Shown one piece after another: positions 49,743 to 62,372 of a DNA stretch of 64,000 bases (position 1 is the stretch's first letter; each line of letters begins with the position of its first letter). Origin of the DNA: Marsupella aquatica. Its lineage: Eukaryota > Plantae > Marchantiophyta. Below the pieces are notes generated by a model. The model was not told the DNA's origin. It saw only the letters and a program-made list of their open reading frames with translations, and made no database searches. The stretch covers positions 8,544,184 to 8,608,183 of the forward strand of contig OZ316895.1 of NCBI GenBank assembly GCA_973895155.1, read 5' to 3'. The position numbers and the translations under genes are program-made.

Positions 49743-51463
49743 CAATGCATAATAGGTGACGTTGTGCTAAAGATGTAGTTGAAAAATTATCTTGGTGCAA
49801 AAGATATATTTGCTAGAAACATCTCATTGCGTAAAAAACATTTGTCAAGTGAGAGATGTCATGACACAAAGAGAGGCGACAACCACCACCAAAGTACAAA
49901 AAAATGAGAATGATTTTTTAAATTGTTTTTGTAATTGAAATCTTTTAAAAAGGATAAATTTAAAGGAGGGCAAGGGGGGAGTTGAGAGGAGGGGCCGCGA
50001 AGTGGGGAGGCAAAAGGGGGCCTGGGAGACAGAGGGCGGAGCCAGCCAGCATCGGCGGCTGCAAGCTGGGCAGGGCGGGTCGCGACTTGCTATGGCTTGG
50101 TGCTGTCGCCGCGGCGTGTGCTGACATCGCGCACTGCAATCCAAGTGATGGCTTGAGTTTCCAATTGGGTTTTTTGGTCTTTTTGGTTCCATTTTTTCTG
50201 GTTTTGATTTTTTCACCCAAAACGGCCCGGGAATTTTGAAAGGCGACCATGGTATAAATTGGTGCCAAAGTGTATTACATTTTTGATAATTATTACAGAA
50301 ATTGCCTAAGATAAATAGAACATTTTTTATTAACATCTTGTTCTCACTTAGGCATTGATGGAAAGCAGAGGGATCATCATTGATCCTTGTGCTTGCATGA
50401 GTTTATTTAATAATCATTTCACTTTTTCTTTGTCTCTTTTGAGTTTCTTCCTCTTTCATTCACACTAAATTTTTTTATCTTTGATTTATTCCTTCCTCTT
50501 TTGTTGGAATCTTTTTTTTGGACACTGTATATTTGAATGACCACCATGGTAGAAAAGGGAGCAACCTTGTATTATAGTTCTTGATACTTGCCCAAAAAAA
50601 TATTATGGGGAAAATTTTTTGGGCACAGGGTTATGGAAATGTAAAAGGTTTCACACCGGTGACCTTTCTTCCTGACAAGAATTATGTTGGGGAAAAGGTG
50701 AATGAGGGGGTAATGGGCTCCCCAAGTGGGGATGACTTATCGAGTGTAAAGCATGAGTGATTTTTACAAAGCATTCAGTTCAGTTTTACATTTTACATAG
50801 GAAAAGTCATCCATCACTGTCTACTATTTGCACTTTATTTTATTTTTTCATTCAAATTTCATAACCCTGGGCTAGGCTGGCCCAGGAGACCCTTGGCTTC
50901 ACCCTGGGGGTAAGCAATGTTATGGAGTTTTTTGCCAAATATAAGGAATCAGAACCTTGGAACAAATAACAAGCATGTGTAAAATACAAACGCTACCATA
51001 TAAATTGAAATACCTTACATGAAAACCCCAAAATCTTAGCAAAATTTGCTGAAAAATAGGTAAAAAGTCTAGAAAGACGCAGTGTAAACAAGTTAGTCCA
51101 TTTGCAACGATACATAACATACCTGATAAAATACCCCTAGCATTGCAGGATGTAACATTTGACGTATGTTTGATTCGTAAAGGATGAGAGGGTCAGGGGT
51201 TTTATGTGTGTCATACAACGTGGATAAACACTTGGGCTCAAGCCTACTTGTCTGTTTAATTAAGAAATACAAAGAGGTTGTGCAAATGACAGTGCAAGGT
51301 ATTTTAAATTGGGTTTGGACTAATAAAGTTAAAGAAGGTTATAAGTACCAAAAGCCACGGAACATGTCACACTTATGAGATTTATCAAATAGTTAATACA
51401 TACATATGCTATGGAAAATAATTACCATAGCACATAGGAAGGCTGTAGAGTAAGGTTAGGGTT

Positions 51464-51483
51464 TGTGTGTGTGTGTGTGTGTG
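51464..51483. repeat. (GT)n microsatellite
   Basis: TGTGTGTGTGTGTGTGTGTG. Confidence 0.9.
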
Positions 51484-51689
51484 GGGGGGGTGGCGCCTGG
51501 CGTGTGGAGACCTGGGTGTTTGGGGCAGATTGGAGGGTTTCTTTTTTAGGAGTGGGCACGAATCGCCACCAATGGAGGGCCGGGATGAACACTCCCTCAG
51601 ATTGGACGGATCCCAGCCATCCATTGAATGAATCCTGGCCCATCCTCATCGAGGTCTTGAAACCCTGCCTTTTATCCACTCCCAAGTCG

Positions 51690-51749
51690 AAGTTGAGGGC
51701 CCATCCTCACAGTTCTGAAACCCTAAAAGGCAGTTCTGAAACCCTAAAA
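51690..51749 (+). promoter_or_regulatory. RPS17 promoter: two telo-boxes and a site II-like motif
   Basis: AAACCCTAA at 51718-51726 and 51739-51747, within a duplicated CAGTTCTGAAACCCTAAAA, and GGGCCCA at ~51697. This combination is typical of plant ribosomal-protein promoters. Confidence 0.7.
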
Positions 51750-51899
51750 TGTCTGATTCCCTCCTGTGTGCTTCTTTTGGCATCCTTCACTTTGCGACCC
51801 TCGTCGCGGACACATTTCCTGCAGACGAACCCACGGACGGAGCCCTTGCTTTGCTGTGAAATTCTGGAGGTTTTTCGCTGATCTTGCAATCGCTTCACC

Positions 51900-53190
51900 A
51901 TGGTAAGATACGCCCGTCGATTCTCGCTTTGCAATGATGCCCCTTTCGATGGGTTGCTTGGTTTTTTCTGAGCTTGGCGAGCTGATTTTTGGCGCAAGCT
52001 TCGAATGATTTTGGGAGTGGTGTGGTGTTTCGTTTTGGCAGGGTCGTGTTAGAACGAAGACCGTGAAGAAGGCGTCTCGAGTAATCATCGAGAGGTACTA
52101 TTCGCGGATGACCTTGGACTTCCAGACGAACAAGAAGATCGCGGAAGAGGTGGCCATCATCCCATCAAAACGTCTGCGGAACAAAATCGCCGGTTTCGCC
52201 ACCGTAAGCTCCAATTCTTGTGGTTTACTTTCCTTCGGGTTTTGGTGGACTCATTTTTTCTGTTCCACAAGATTGTCGCAACATGGCATCTCCGTCTCTG
52301 TCAGTTTCCTTTTCTGAGTCCAAATTGATTGGTTTGGGGTCGTTTACTTTGCACGTTCTCGTTCTGTATTTCAGTAGTTCGATTGTAGTTTATTGTTGTG
52401 GAGAGTATCATCTTTTGTGTTCTGCTTTAGTGACACTTCGTGAGTCCGGTTGTCATCAGCATTTGATGAAGCGCATCCAGAGGGGTCCAGTCCGCGGCAT
52501 CTCTTTGAAGCTGCAGGAGGAGGAGCGGGAACGACGCATGGACTTCGTGCCCGAGGAGTCTGCCATCAAGACAGACGTCATTGAGGTACGACTCTGCTGA
52601 TCAAGCCAATGGCTCCCTGCTTTTGGTGCTACTGGATGATATTTTTCCAGAAATATTTTGATTAAACAACATCAAAATTTATGTTTCAATGGAGGATACT
52701 CATGAAGGCCATGCCTCCCATCTCGCTTGACGATCATATCTGTAGCTCTGAATTAAATGTCTATTCCTGTTAGTCAACAAGGTCTGTGACTTGAGTCACA
52801 GATTAGACTTTTGTAATTGTTTTTTTGATACTTTTGCTCGCCTGTTTAATTCTATATTAACAGATGCATTTTTGACATCGGAAGACCCTGATTTGTTTTA
52901 CTTCGCTTGTGAACAGGTCGACAGGGAGACAATTGAGCTTCTGCAATCTCTTAACATGGCACAACTCCCCGGTGTCGTGCAACAGGTACATTCAGCTACT
53001 GCTGTTTTCTGCTTTCATTTCTGCGACGAAATTAAATTCCCGTGTCATTGTGGTCTTTGTAGTTAGTACGCGTGGGCGCTGTCCTAAGTCGCAGCTTTTG
53101 TTGTCGCAGGCACCCCCAACAGCTGGAGGGGGATTTTTCCAACCTGGTGGGTTCCAGGGTGGAGCCTTCGGAGGCAACAGGAGAACTTAG
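51900..53190 (+). CDS. RPS17: 40S ribosomal protein S17 (eS17), 5 exons, 146 aa
   Basis: Exons 51900-51902 (ATG only), 52042-52203, 52460-52585, 52917-52985 and 53110-53190. [21 protein letters not shown]...[35 protein letters not shown]. Confidence 0.97.
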
Positions 53191-54264
53191 GATGTGTTCC
53201 TTGAGAATATTGGGAGGCGTAGTGAATCTTTGTAGCCGTGGCCTCAAATTTTGTGTCAAAGATAATGAAATTGAAAGAATAGCATTTTTCAGGAGATGTT
53301 TTGGGTATTCTATGTTTCAATCATGAATGGAAACAATCAAGGATGCAGGGGACCCTTGAGGTGTGGGATCTTGGACCCATGAACAGGAAACAATGGCGGG
53401 ATAGTTGCTTGATTGTGAAAGTGGCCACTGGCTGATGGTGGAGGTACTGGCTGGAGCTGTTTAATTTGAAACTTCCTCAAGGTTGTAAGCAATGTTATGG
53501 AATTCGTTGCTATCTTACAATTAGACCCTTTTTGTATATTTTCTTGCGTCTATAACTTGGCGCGAGTAGTTAACGCACGCATCGCATAGACAAAGAGCTA
53601 TAATCATGTTGCCTTTGGGTTACCAAGTGTTCATGCCAGCCTTAGGTGGGTTACACTTAGGTGTGAACGTGAAGTCGTCGATCATTGAAAATATTACTCT
53701 GTAATCAGTTGAGGACGTGTGTTCACTAATCCAATTCCGTCACCATTCCTGGACATCTACTTCAGTTCGTCAGAGGCATCCTGTGCTTACAATCCCCATT
53801 CTTACAACCAAAGCAGGCATTGAGGCTTGATGTTGTGCTATAACTGGGCACAGGTTTTCTTCAAAACGAATGAACTTGAAGTCGTGAAGTGTGGGGCCAA
53901 TCAACTGAAGCAAAGTTGACTTGGAATTTTTAATCTGCCGAGTGAAGTTCTCGAATAGGAGAGTATATTTGCGTAGGAAAAGTACCTAGTGTTTGAGAAT
54001 GAACTCATGCTTTACTGAGAGGAACTGCAGTAGTTTGTGCAAGCATTAGAAGACCTGTCGATTTTCACCTAGACTTCACAGCTTTCGTGATTTCTTCTTC
54101 AGAGCAGAGTACGATTCCGGTTGCCCGAATGGTCTTCTCGAGTATAGCAATTCACGAGTGCAGAAGATTGATGTGCCAAAGTAGCTTTGAGTAGAAGTTC
54201 CTTGGGGAAAATTGAATAGTTACGTAGAAGTAATACTGCATCGATTAGGACACTGCAGTTGACG

Positions 54265-54447
54265 TCTAATCGAAAGAAAACCTTCCTTGCATCGGTGCAA
54301 TGTAGACTATGTGGCCATTCAGGAGATTCAAACTGGACAGTCAAATGAAAGCTGCCGTCTAATCGAAATAAGACCTTGTTTGCATCGGTCAAATCTAGAC
54401 TGTGTGGCCATTGAGGAGATTCAAACAAGACAGTCAAATGAAAGCTG
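54265..54447. repeat. ~92-bp tandem duplication
   Basis: GTCTAATCGAAA...TTGCATCGGT...TGTGGCCATT.AGGAGATTCAAAC..GACAGTCAAATGAAAGCTG occurs twice. Confidence 0.9.
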
Positions 54448-55415
54448 GCTCCATGAGTAACAGAAAGTGCCAGGTTGCATGGAACACACTATGGAACAGA
54501 CGTAGTTTACTGATGCGCAATTTATGATATCAAACATTTCCACAGCGCCAAATTGTGAATCGATTTATATTTTAATTCTCAGACGTAAACGAGGACTGAA
54601 GAATTCCCTCCAATGACTAGGGTGAAACTATTCGGTGAGGGACGCTACATATCAAATGTGAAAGAGATACTGAAACTGAACAGCCAAGTTTCTCTCCTAC
54701 TTTCTTGCAGTCTAGTGTGGCACATCTCATAGATCCAAAATATGACGTTTAGTCGATTCTGTCAGCGTCGTTTTTCACTCTCTCAATGAACAATCGCACG
54801 GGTAATTTGACAATCTGCTAACTATTCACAACCAGCTAGACATCATGGTACAAACTACGAAGTTACACAAATAGACAGAGCACACTCCCAGGTGCCAGAA
54901 TCGGTTACCATGGCCCTCCAAAATAGAAAGAAGAGCAACTGCGCGCTTCATCGAGATCGATGCAGTCGGATTCCGTACACTTCTGGGGAACGCAATCCAG
55001 TTTCAAACTCCACGCCCAGCTTCTGGATCTACCGTTCTGATGTCCTTGCCTCTTCTGCACATTTCACGGGCATCTGAAAACGACCTCCATAGTAAGTATA
55101 CCGACTATAGCTGAGGTAAGCATCGGCAACTCTTCCAAGTTCAGTACTGTACCATACTACCATCTCCTGGAATAAGACGCCTTTCCTCGGGTGCGGCTGT
55201 TATGAAGTTAAAAGAATCGCCACCAACAGTAACGTGTTTCGGTTGATGTAAAATAATCCTGTACAGGTAGGTCTGCTGTCTCAACATGGGCGCCATTGAG
55301 TTCGAGAGATGAACTGCAATTGTTTTACTTGACAACACTCTAGGCCGAACCCTCAATTTCTCTCGGTTCCCGGGGCCTGGTTTATATGCTCAGACGATTC
55401 CGGGGGAGGGATCTC

Positions 55416-58400
55416 TCACTTTTTCGCCCCAGTTTCATGATCATCCAGCACTCGAATGACTTGGAGTTCGTCCTCGTAAGAGAAGAGCCAGGGAGGTAGG
55501 GTTCGTTGAAGATTATTGTAATCCATCCTGATTTTCTCTGCCCTGGGTGTGTATACGCTGTTGATGATTCCAAGAGTTATCTGCACCTTCTTCAATAGGT
55601 CCTTAATCCTGCTTCTAGCCTTCAACTTGCGTCGCGAAAGCCCCTTCGTTTCATCTAGCATCAATACGAGGCCTCCAGTGACTGTAACGACGAATGCCTC
55701 TGTATCGACAACATTCAAAAACCCTTGTATGGTCGTCGCCCTATCAAACTCCGCCACAAGCGCTCGGCCATGAGGGAAGGAGTCTCGTTGAGTGAGCCAG
55801 TCAGACTTCAAGTCGTTATAAAAACTAATTGCAATCACCTGCACGACAGTCATCAAATTCTAAACGTCAGTCGTCTTGGAGAGGACACACTGGCATGGCA
55901 GACGAATGTATCATTATCCAAATTTCTAGATCCTGATCGGTCCTTAAAATATTCGTTTGCTTCAGTTGAGAGAATAGTGTGTCCAGAGCAGCGACAGGTC
56001 AGTGCAGGAAGTTCTACCTCTGTGAGAGCGATGCCAGACGATGAGAGCACAGGAAGATCTGTGCAGGCATATCTGGATAACCGGAACAAGACATCGACCC
56101 TGAACTGAATAGGCAAGGCGACGATCAGTCCGGCAAGTGTCAAGCCCAGGGTGATATATTTTCCATCCAACGCGATTGGCCGCGTAGGGCGCACAGATGT
56201 TTGCCGTCTGAAGCTGGGGGCAATGTTGTTCTGCTGTGTGGTGATAAGGCCGCCGATGGCTGTGGAGATACCTGAGTAAATGTCCCCAGTGGTATCCGGT
56301 GTGCTCAACAGCGGGGAAGAAGCAAGAAGCTCTACTCCTGCGGGGTCCTCACTCATTTGTATCGAAATAGCCCTGGTCCGGAACAAGGCAGGGAGAGTTT
56401 CTCTGAAGAGCAGCAATGGGATGGACTGATGTCCAAGCCCTTTCACCGGACACACGTGGCAGGTGTAGTCTTCTTGCGAGCTTGATTTTCGGGCCCTGAA
56501 CTTTTTCTGAAACTTAGAAGCTTTGAGGACAGCGAGCCTCACACCATCGTCCGTGGTCATGTTGCCGCCCACACAAGATACAAACAAGCCGCCCACTTTC
56601 ACTTCTTGCAACTGCTCCCCATTGTTCCAGTCCACGAGCTCCCGTGCGATGTCTTTGGTAGTCGGCCCGACAAATATAGCTGCCAGTCCACGAATACAAA
56701 TTCAGAATTTCGTCCCTGGTTTTAACCTCCAATTCACTCGTACCCAGTCTCGTTGAAGGAAAAGTTCATCGTTTCTAATCAACAAGGCCTATCATTCGTT
56801 GGCCACGGGTTGCGGGTGGGTTAATGGAAACAACTAGTTCGGTCTAGAGAGTCCGTGTTCAGTCAAAAAAAACGGAAAGAAACTTGAAAACTACACTCTT
56901 GCAGTAGTCATGATAAGCAATTTGGCACAAGCCTCGTCGTCCTCTGGGCGAATTTCTCCGTAGAGAGGCAACAGATTGGAGAGCGAAGACATAGGAATAA
57001 TAACTGAAAATAGCTACTGCCAAAAGACCCGAACAACAGTTCGTGCTGTTCTTGGAATATTTGGATACTCTCGAATTTTTTTCGACAAGAGACACAGTAA
57101 TTCTTACCTCCAGCATTCTCGATCCCCTTGGGGCCACCTAGAGCTCTGACGTGGTAAGGTAACATATTCATTAACCATTCCGCAAGTGAACCATTATCCA
57201 GCCAGACTGTGAAGATGACTAATCGGTGCTTCCCTATCCATGGTACGTCCTCAACCGAATATGTTTGATACCAGCTAATGTCCCAAAATACACATTTCAA
57301 TCCAAGCAGCGCTAAAATACTTTTCCACAGGTTATAAACTCCCGGCTTGAAGTCTGTGTCGGTCACGACGACTGCATCGACGTCTGTAGCTCTGTACACA
57401 GGGATGATTCGTGATTCCAAGTGCCTGCACCGACCCAGAGATGGTAAGCCATGTTAGAAACATTTCTCAAGTTCAGCGCGATTTCAGCGTCTAGACCTTC
57501 CGACAACGCAACAATAATTTTCACGGAACAACCGACTAGGGGACTTGGGTGTCTCATTCCGTGAATGCTAGTTGTCTTTGACGAGCAATACGGGCTCTTC
57601 GACAATACCTGTATTCGATGCTCTGGCCCTTGAGCAGGAGATGCACTTGTACAGATAGGATGGAAAATGGCTGTCCGTTTGTATCGACTCGGCAGTCAAA
57701 CTGAAGTTGCTGGTCCTTTCCTGCTCCAATTTCAGGCACCTCTTTTATCCACTTGCGCTCTACCCTCTGCCCTAGTTCAAGCTCCAGGAAGAACATTACC
57801 CTTGCTTCCACTTTTCCTAGCGATCTGCCCACATTGCCAATGACATACAAACCATGAGACTTTCAAACTCGAACTTTCCAGACTTGCGTGTTGCCCATTT
57901 TCACACCAGTCTGGTTGATTGATTTAGCCCCTGATATGCATCAACAGGTCATCTGAACGAGATTCCCCAAGATCATTTGGTGCTAGTAAAGCTTGCCAAG
58001 TCTTGCTCTAGGCTGTAGAGGTCTTGCTCTAGGCTGTAGATGACAGTCTGTCGTAATCGAAGACATGGACAACAGGCTGGCGCGGTGAAAAAACAACTTT
58101 AAAATCCAGATTTCATGGATCAGTGGGAGTACCTTTTGCCTTGTCCATACGAACGAGACGAAATATTTCGAATACTAAATTGCACAGTCACGGTGCTTCC
58201 TTGGTGCACCGTGTGAGGAAACTGCACATCACCTAGGATTTGAATCGGAGACTGCACTGGCACCTGCGGAGAAAACATCAATTACCCCGTATTGCCAAGA
58301 AAGCGGCAAACCCTCATACTTCTAACAAACATTGAGGTTAAACTACACATAGCTGCAAACTGAGGGAATACGAAAGCCCATCTCTTTTGCCTGTCCTGAC

Positions 58401-61400
58401 CTGCAAAACTTGGTCTGTACAGGAGAAGTTTCTGCCACAGAGCTCTATAGATGGCATCACCGAGACCAATGCTTGAAACGGACAACCACCTGCTGGCCCA
58501 TCAAGCTTTTCCACAGCCATCGAAAACGTGCTGGCACATTTGTAGCGCCTGTTCTTGCGTATTTCAGGCAACATCTCCACTTTCTTCATATCCTTGCCAG
58601 AAGTAGTTAACACTCCAGTCCCCGTAAATGATAGCCTTGTCCCCTTTGGCAAGGTCATGCCACCATTATTCCAGACAATTACCTGTTCATAGAATGGGAC
58701 ACTACATGCTCAGTGCTCGCCGTAGTTGTCATCTTTGGATTTGTAATTTGACAAAATTAAACCCTTTCTCACACAAAATCTGTTCGCACAAACACGCTTG
58801 TCCTGACAATTGAGAGAGTTTGCTTTAATTTGTGGTTTTCGTTGCTTTTTTGTTTCAATCAATTCAAGCAGGATTCTGAACCTTATCAATAGTGATAGTG
58901 CTTCCGGGGGAAATTATTCCATTGCCTGAGCCGGCCCTGACTCGAAATTGGCATACTGCACAGTTGAATCGATCTTTAGCTTTCTCGACGATCTCCCCAT
59001 CTGCTGATCTCAAAATCCATGTCACCTGTAGTTTTCAAAGACAACCTTAGAATATGCCATCAAGTGCAATGAAAATAATATGATTTCATTTCAAGGAAAA
59101 TAATATGATTTCGGACACACATCGAAAACTAGACACCAGTATAATTGCATTCCGTAGCTACAACTGACCTGCCCATCCTTGCCCTCCTTGCCATCGGGAG
59201 CCAGAGAGCCATTCATTCCGCTCGGCGCCTGTTTTGGACCAATCATGCCCCCATAGCTGCCTCCTGCTCCATCGTTGCCACGGTAACAACCCCTGTAATA
59301 TTTGTATTTGGAGTGCTTCGTCAGCCATAATTTATTCCAAGGGGGACCTCCTAATCCTCCATGTCCACCAAAACCTCCTTTGCCTGCTATACCACCTCCA
59401 CCTCCTACGCCTGGGAAAGAAAATTGTGTGAGGCCTGGTGAACCAGAATACCAAGATACGCTATCCGAGACCACCGACATACCGCAATGCGACAGAACTC
59501 CCGAGTTTTTAGGTAACAGAACGTGTACTAATCTATCAAAAAAGCAAAGCATTGCGTTGCTTCCGAGCGAAAGTAGCTGCAGGACCCGACAAGGGCGTTG
59601 CTGCAAGCATATCGAATCATTCATGTGTTCACTAATCGTCCCACAAACCCAAACAACATTACGGTAGAGCTTCCAAAGCAGAAATTGGATAGCCATATGG
59701 ATTGGAGAAAGGTTATTTCCAATTAAATATAAGGTACTCGGTCGGCAGAAAAGTGACAAGAACAATAACAACAGTGTGAACGTAAATGTCATGAAAAAAC
59801 TACCTACATGTGGTATGGGGGACTTATTTCTTGTCCTTTTCGTGAAACATTAGAAGGTTCCAGTTTTCGATCTACATGGATTGTAGTATTTAAAAGATCT
59901 CAAGAAATTCTGTACTTCGAAACTCTCAGTATAAAGCAGGAAGCCTCCCATCATGAAAGTCAAAACCCAGACTTTCTCTTTTCCAACCTCAACGATCAAG
60001 TTGCTTTGAAACTTTGAAAGGCTGAAAGAAACAGAGGTGTACTGTACCAGGTTTGCCAGCCTTTCCGTGTGAACCCTTGCGGGCATCCGTCTCCACAAGC
60101 ATCAATAACTTGGCAGTCTTCGTCTCAATTGTCACACGACCTCCTGCTCCTGCATTACCGCCTTTGCCTGCTGCACAACCGTCACCTCCAGCTCCGCCAG
60201 CCATTCCAGCACCGCCATCACCACCCCTTCCGCCGTTCTCTCCATTCCATCCAGGCTTCATGCCCTTTCTCCCGTCTCCTCCTTGTCCTCCATTTCCTCC
60301 ATTTCCCCCGTCGGCTCCAAATCCTCCATTACCTCCATTGCCGCCATTACCGCCACGACCGCCGTGTGCACGTACTAAGACTACACCTCTTCGTGTAAAG
60401 AAATTCAATGCCGCGCCGTGAAGACCTTCTGGTGTTATCAACACCGAGGATTCCCTGAAGAAAGGGATTTGATGAGAATGCAGTGAGAAATAATGCAGAA
60501 ACTATTAAGAATTGAATTGGATTGTATAAAAATAGGATGGCATAGAATCATTCCTGCACCTCAAAAAGCAACAGAAAAAGCATGCAGGTCTGCAGCTACA
60601 GTACCAATCATTAGCGTGTCACGCTCGCAACACGGTTGCAGGTCACTTACGGACAACGAACGCATATCAGAATACCTGTTGAGGTTGTCAAGGTCGTCCA
60701 GTTCTGGCAACGGACGTTGATTTGGATACGTGTTGAGGCGGTGAACAATGGTAACGGGCTCCTTTCGAAGAACTGTTTCAATTGCAGCGGGCTTCGTCTC
60801 GTCCGGTAGAGCTCCATCGGTCGCGTCCTGTTGCGCCTCATCTGCCTTCACCAGCCGCTCCAAATGTCCACTGACTGTAACAGATTCTAGCCCTTCACCG
60901 GACAAACTCAAGAAAACATTTAAGGCCCGACCACCACTGGTGCCATTCGTACCCTTTTTTCCTTTCTTCCCAGCAGTACCAGGTTTGCCATCCTTTCCTG
61001 GCTTGCCAGGTTTCCCCGGTCTGCCTGGCCCATACCCATTCTGCAAATCAATTGAACCAGCTCGTTTGTTTGAGAGTATGAGCAACCAAATCATTCTTCA
61101 ACACACGCGGCAACCCCACGTCCCCAGAGGACAGACAGGAAAGGGGAATAACGGGTTTAGAAAAATCAAAACAATGGAAGCACTTACCAAACAATACGTA
61201 ATTAGTTCCTGTAATCCAATCCAGGAAGGATGTTACCAATCAGACCATCCGGAAACGAAAGGATAGTCACCCTCCACAACGAATGACACAGAGAGGATGT
61301 GATGTTTATGTTCCAGACCAGGTCTGCTGGAGGACAGGCTCGACCTTGCATCCCGCGGTAACTACATCCCTGAGGATGAATGATATTATCAGTCAGTGCG

Positions 61401-62372
61401 ACCCGAGCAACCTGGGCAAGGTTACAGACGAGCAAATCCTAGCGTCCCCGAAGATTTCATCATCGATTGCTATGCCCGACGAGTTTATACCAAGACTTCT
61501 GTTCGGGATGAGTTCAGACCTCAGGGACTACCGACTCAAAGAATATGAGCTGACAATTTCCCCCCTTATCAAAAAGGAGAATTTGAGCTGAAAATTGGAC
61601 AGATCGAATTCAGAAAACGAATGCAAGAGATTGGGAACAAAACGGGCCACACGACGCACAGAAAAGAAGCGAATGGAACATCTTGGAGACATTTGTAAAG
61701 TAGCTCGGGTCACTTAGAGGGATAACCTTGCCGTGTGCACCATCGGCTCCTCTATGGCCATGGAGTCCCTGCTCTCCATGCAATCCATCGAATCCTGGAG
61801 ACCCTGCTGCATTGACAACGAACTCCGGAAAGGATGACATTGCACGAGACCCAAGGGTTTGCACTGAGTTGGATTCCCGAAGCCCATCTCCAACTGGTTC
61901 ATCGAGCCTGAATGTATACCCTTGCAATGCGGGCACACCAAATTCAGCACCCCCTGCAAATAGGAAGGCAAAAGATTATGCGAGGAATGTTAATAGCGAC
62001 ATTAGATGCACATACTTATTCAGCACTTGGACACGACCTTCAGGTTCTCAAATGAATAGTTGTACGAATACCACAGTAAAATAATTGTCCATTAGTGACA
62101 GAACTTCCAAAGTGCATCTATCGGTTGAGGAGAAATCTTTTCACTTCATTTCTACATCGATGAAGCGTGCTTTGTTGCGAAGTACGCAGGTTGGAAGCGA
62201 AAAGCAGACTATCAAAACAGTTCCACTTTACTAGCACTTGAGAAGCCTCTACAATTTAATTTTAGGAGTTTTAGGGCAAAAGTAGAAGCCATGGACGCCA
62301 GATGAACTCACCATCCGTGCTGTCGAGAATAATCGCAGATCCCCCCAGCTGATCTCTTGATGGAGATAGCAT
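55416..62372 (-). CDS. Large uncharacterised protein with collagen-like Gly-X-Y tracts followed by predicted beta-sandwich and alpha/beta domains, 12 exons, ~1158 aa
   Basis: Exons 62372-62312, 61953-61727, 61040-60676, 60454-60048, 59410-59169, 59025-58882, 58682-58401, 58263-58133, 57824-57609, 57424-57108, 56679-56018 and 55838-55416 total 3477 nt in one open frame, all GT-AG. Contains GRPGKPGKPGKDGKPGTAGKKGKKG and GGRGGNGGNGGNGGFGADGG tracts. The first exon is the least certain. Confidence 0.82.

Noticed and set aside
59302-61266. Proline-rich + strand ORFs that look like extensins
   Set aside because: They are the antisense shadow of Gly codons in the spliced minus-strand gene.
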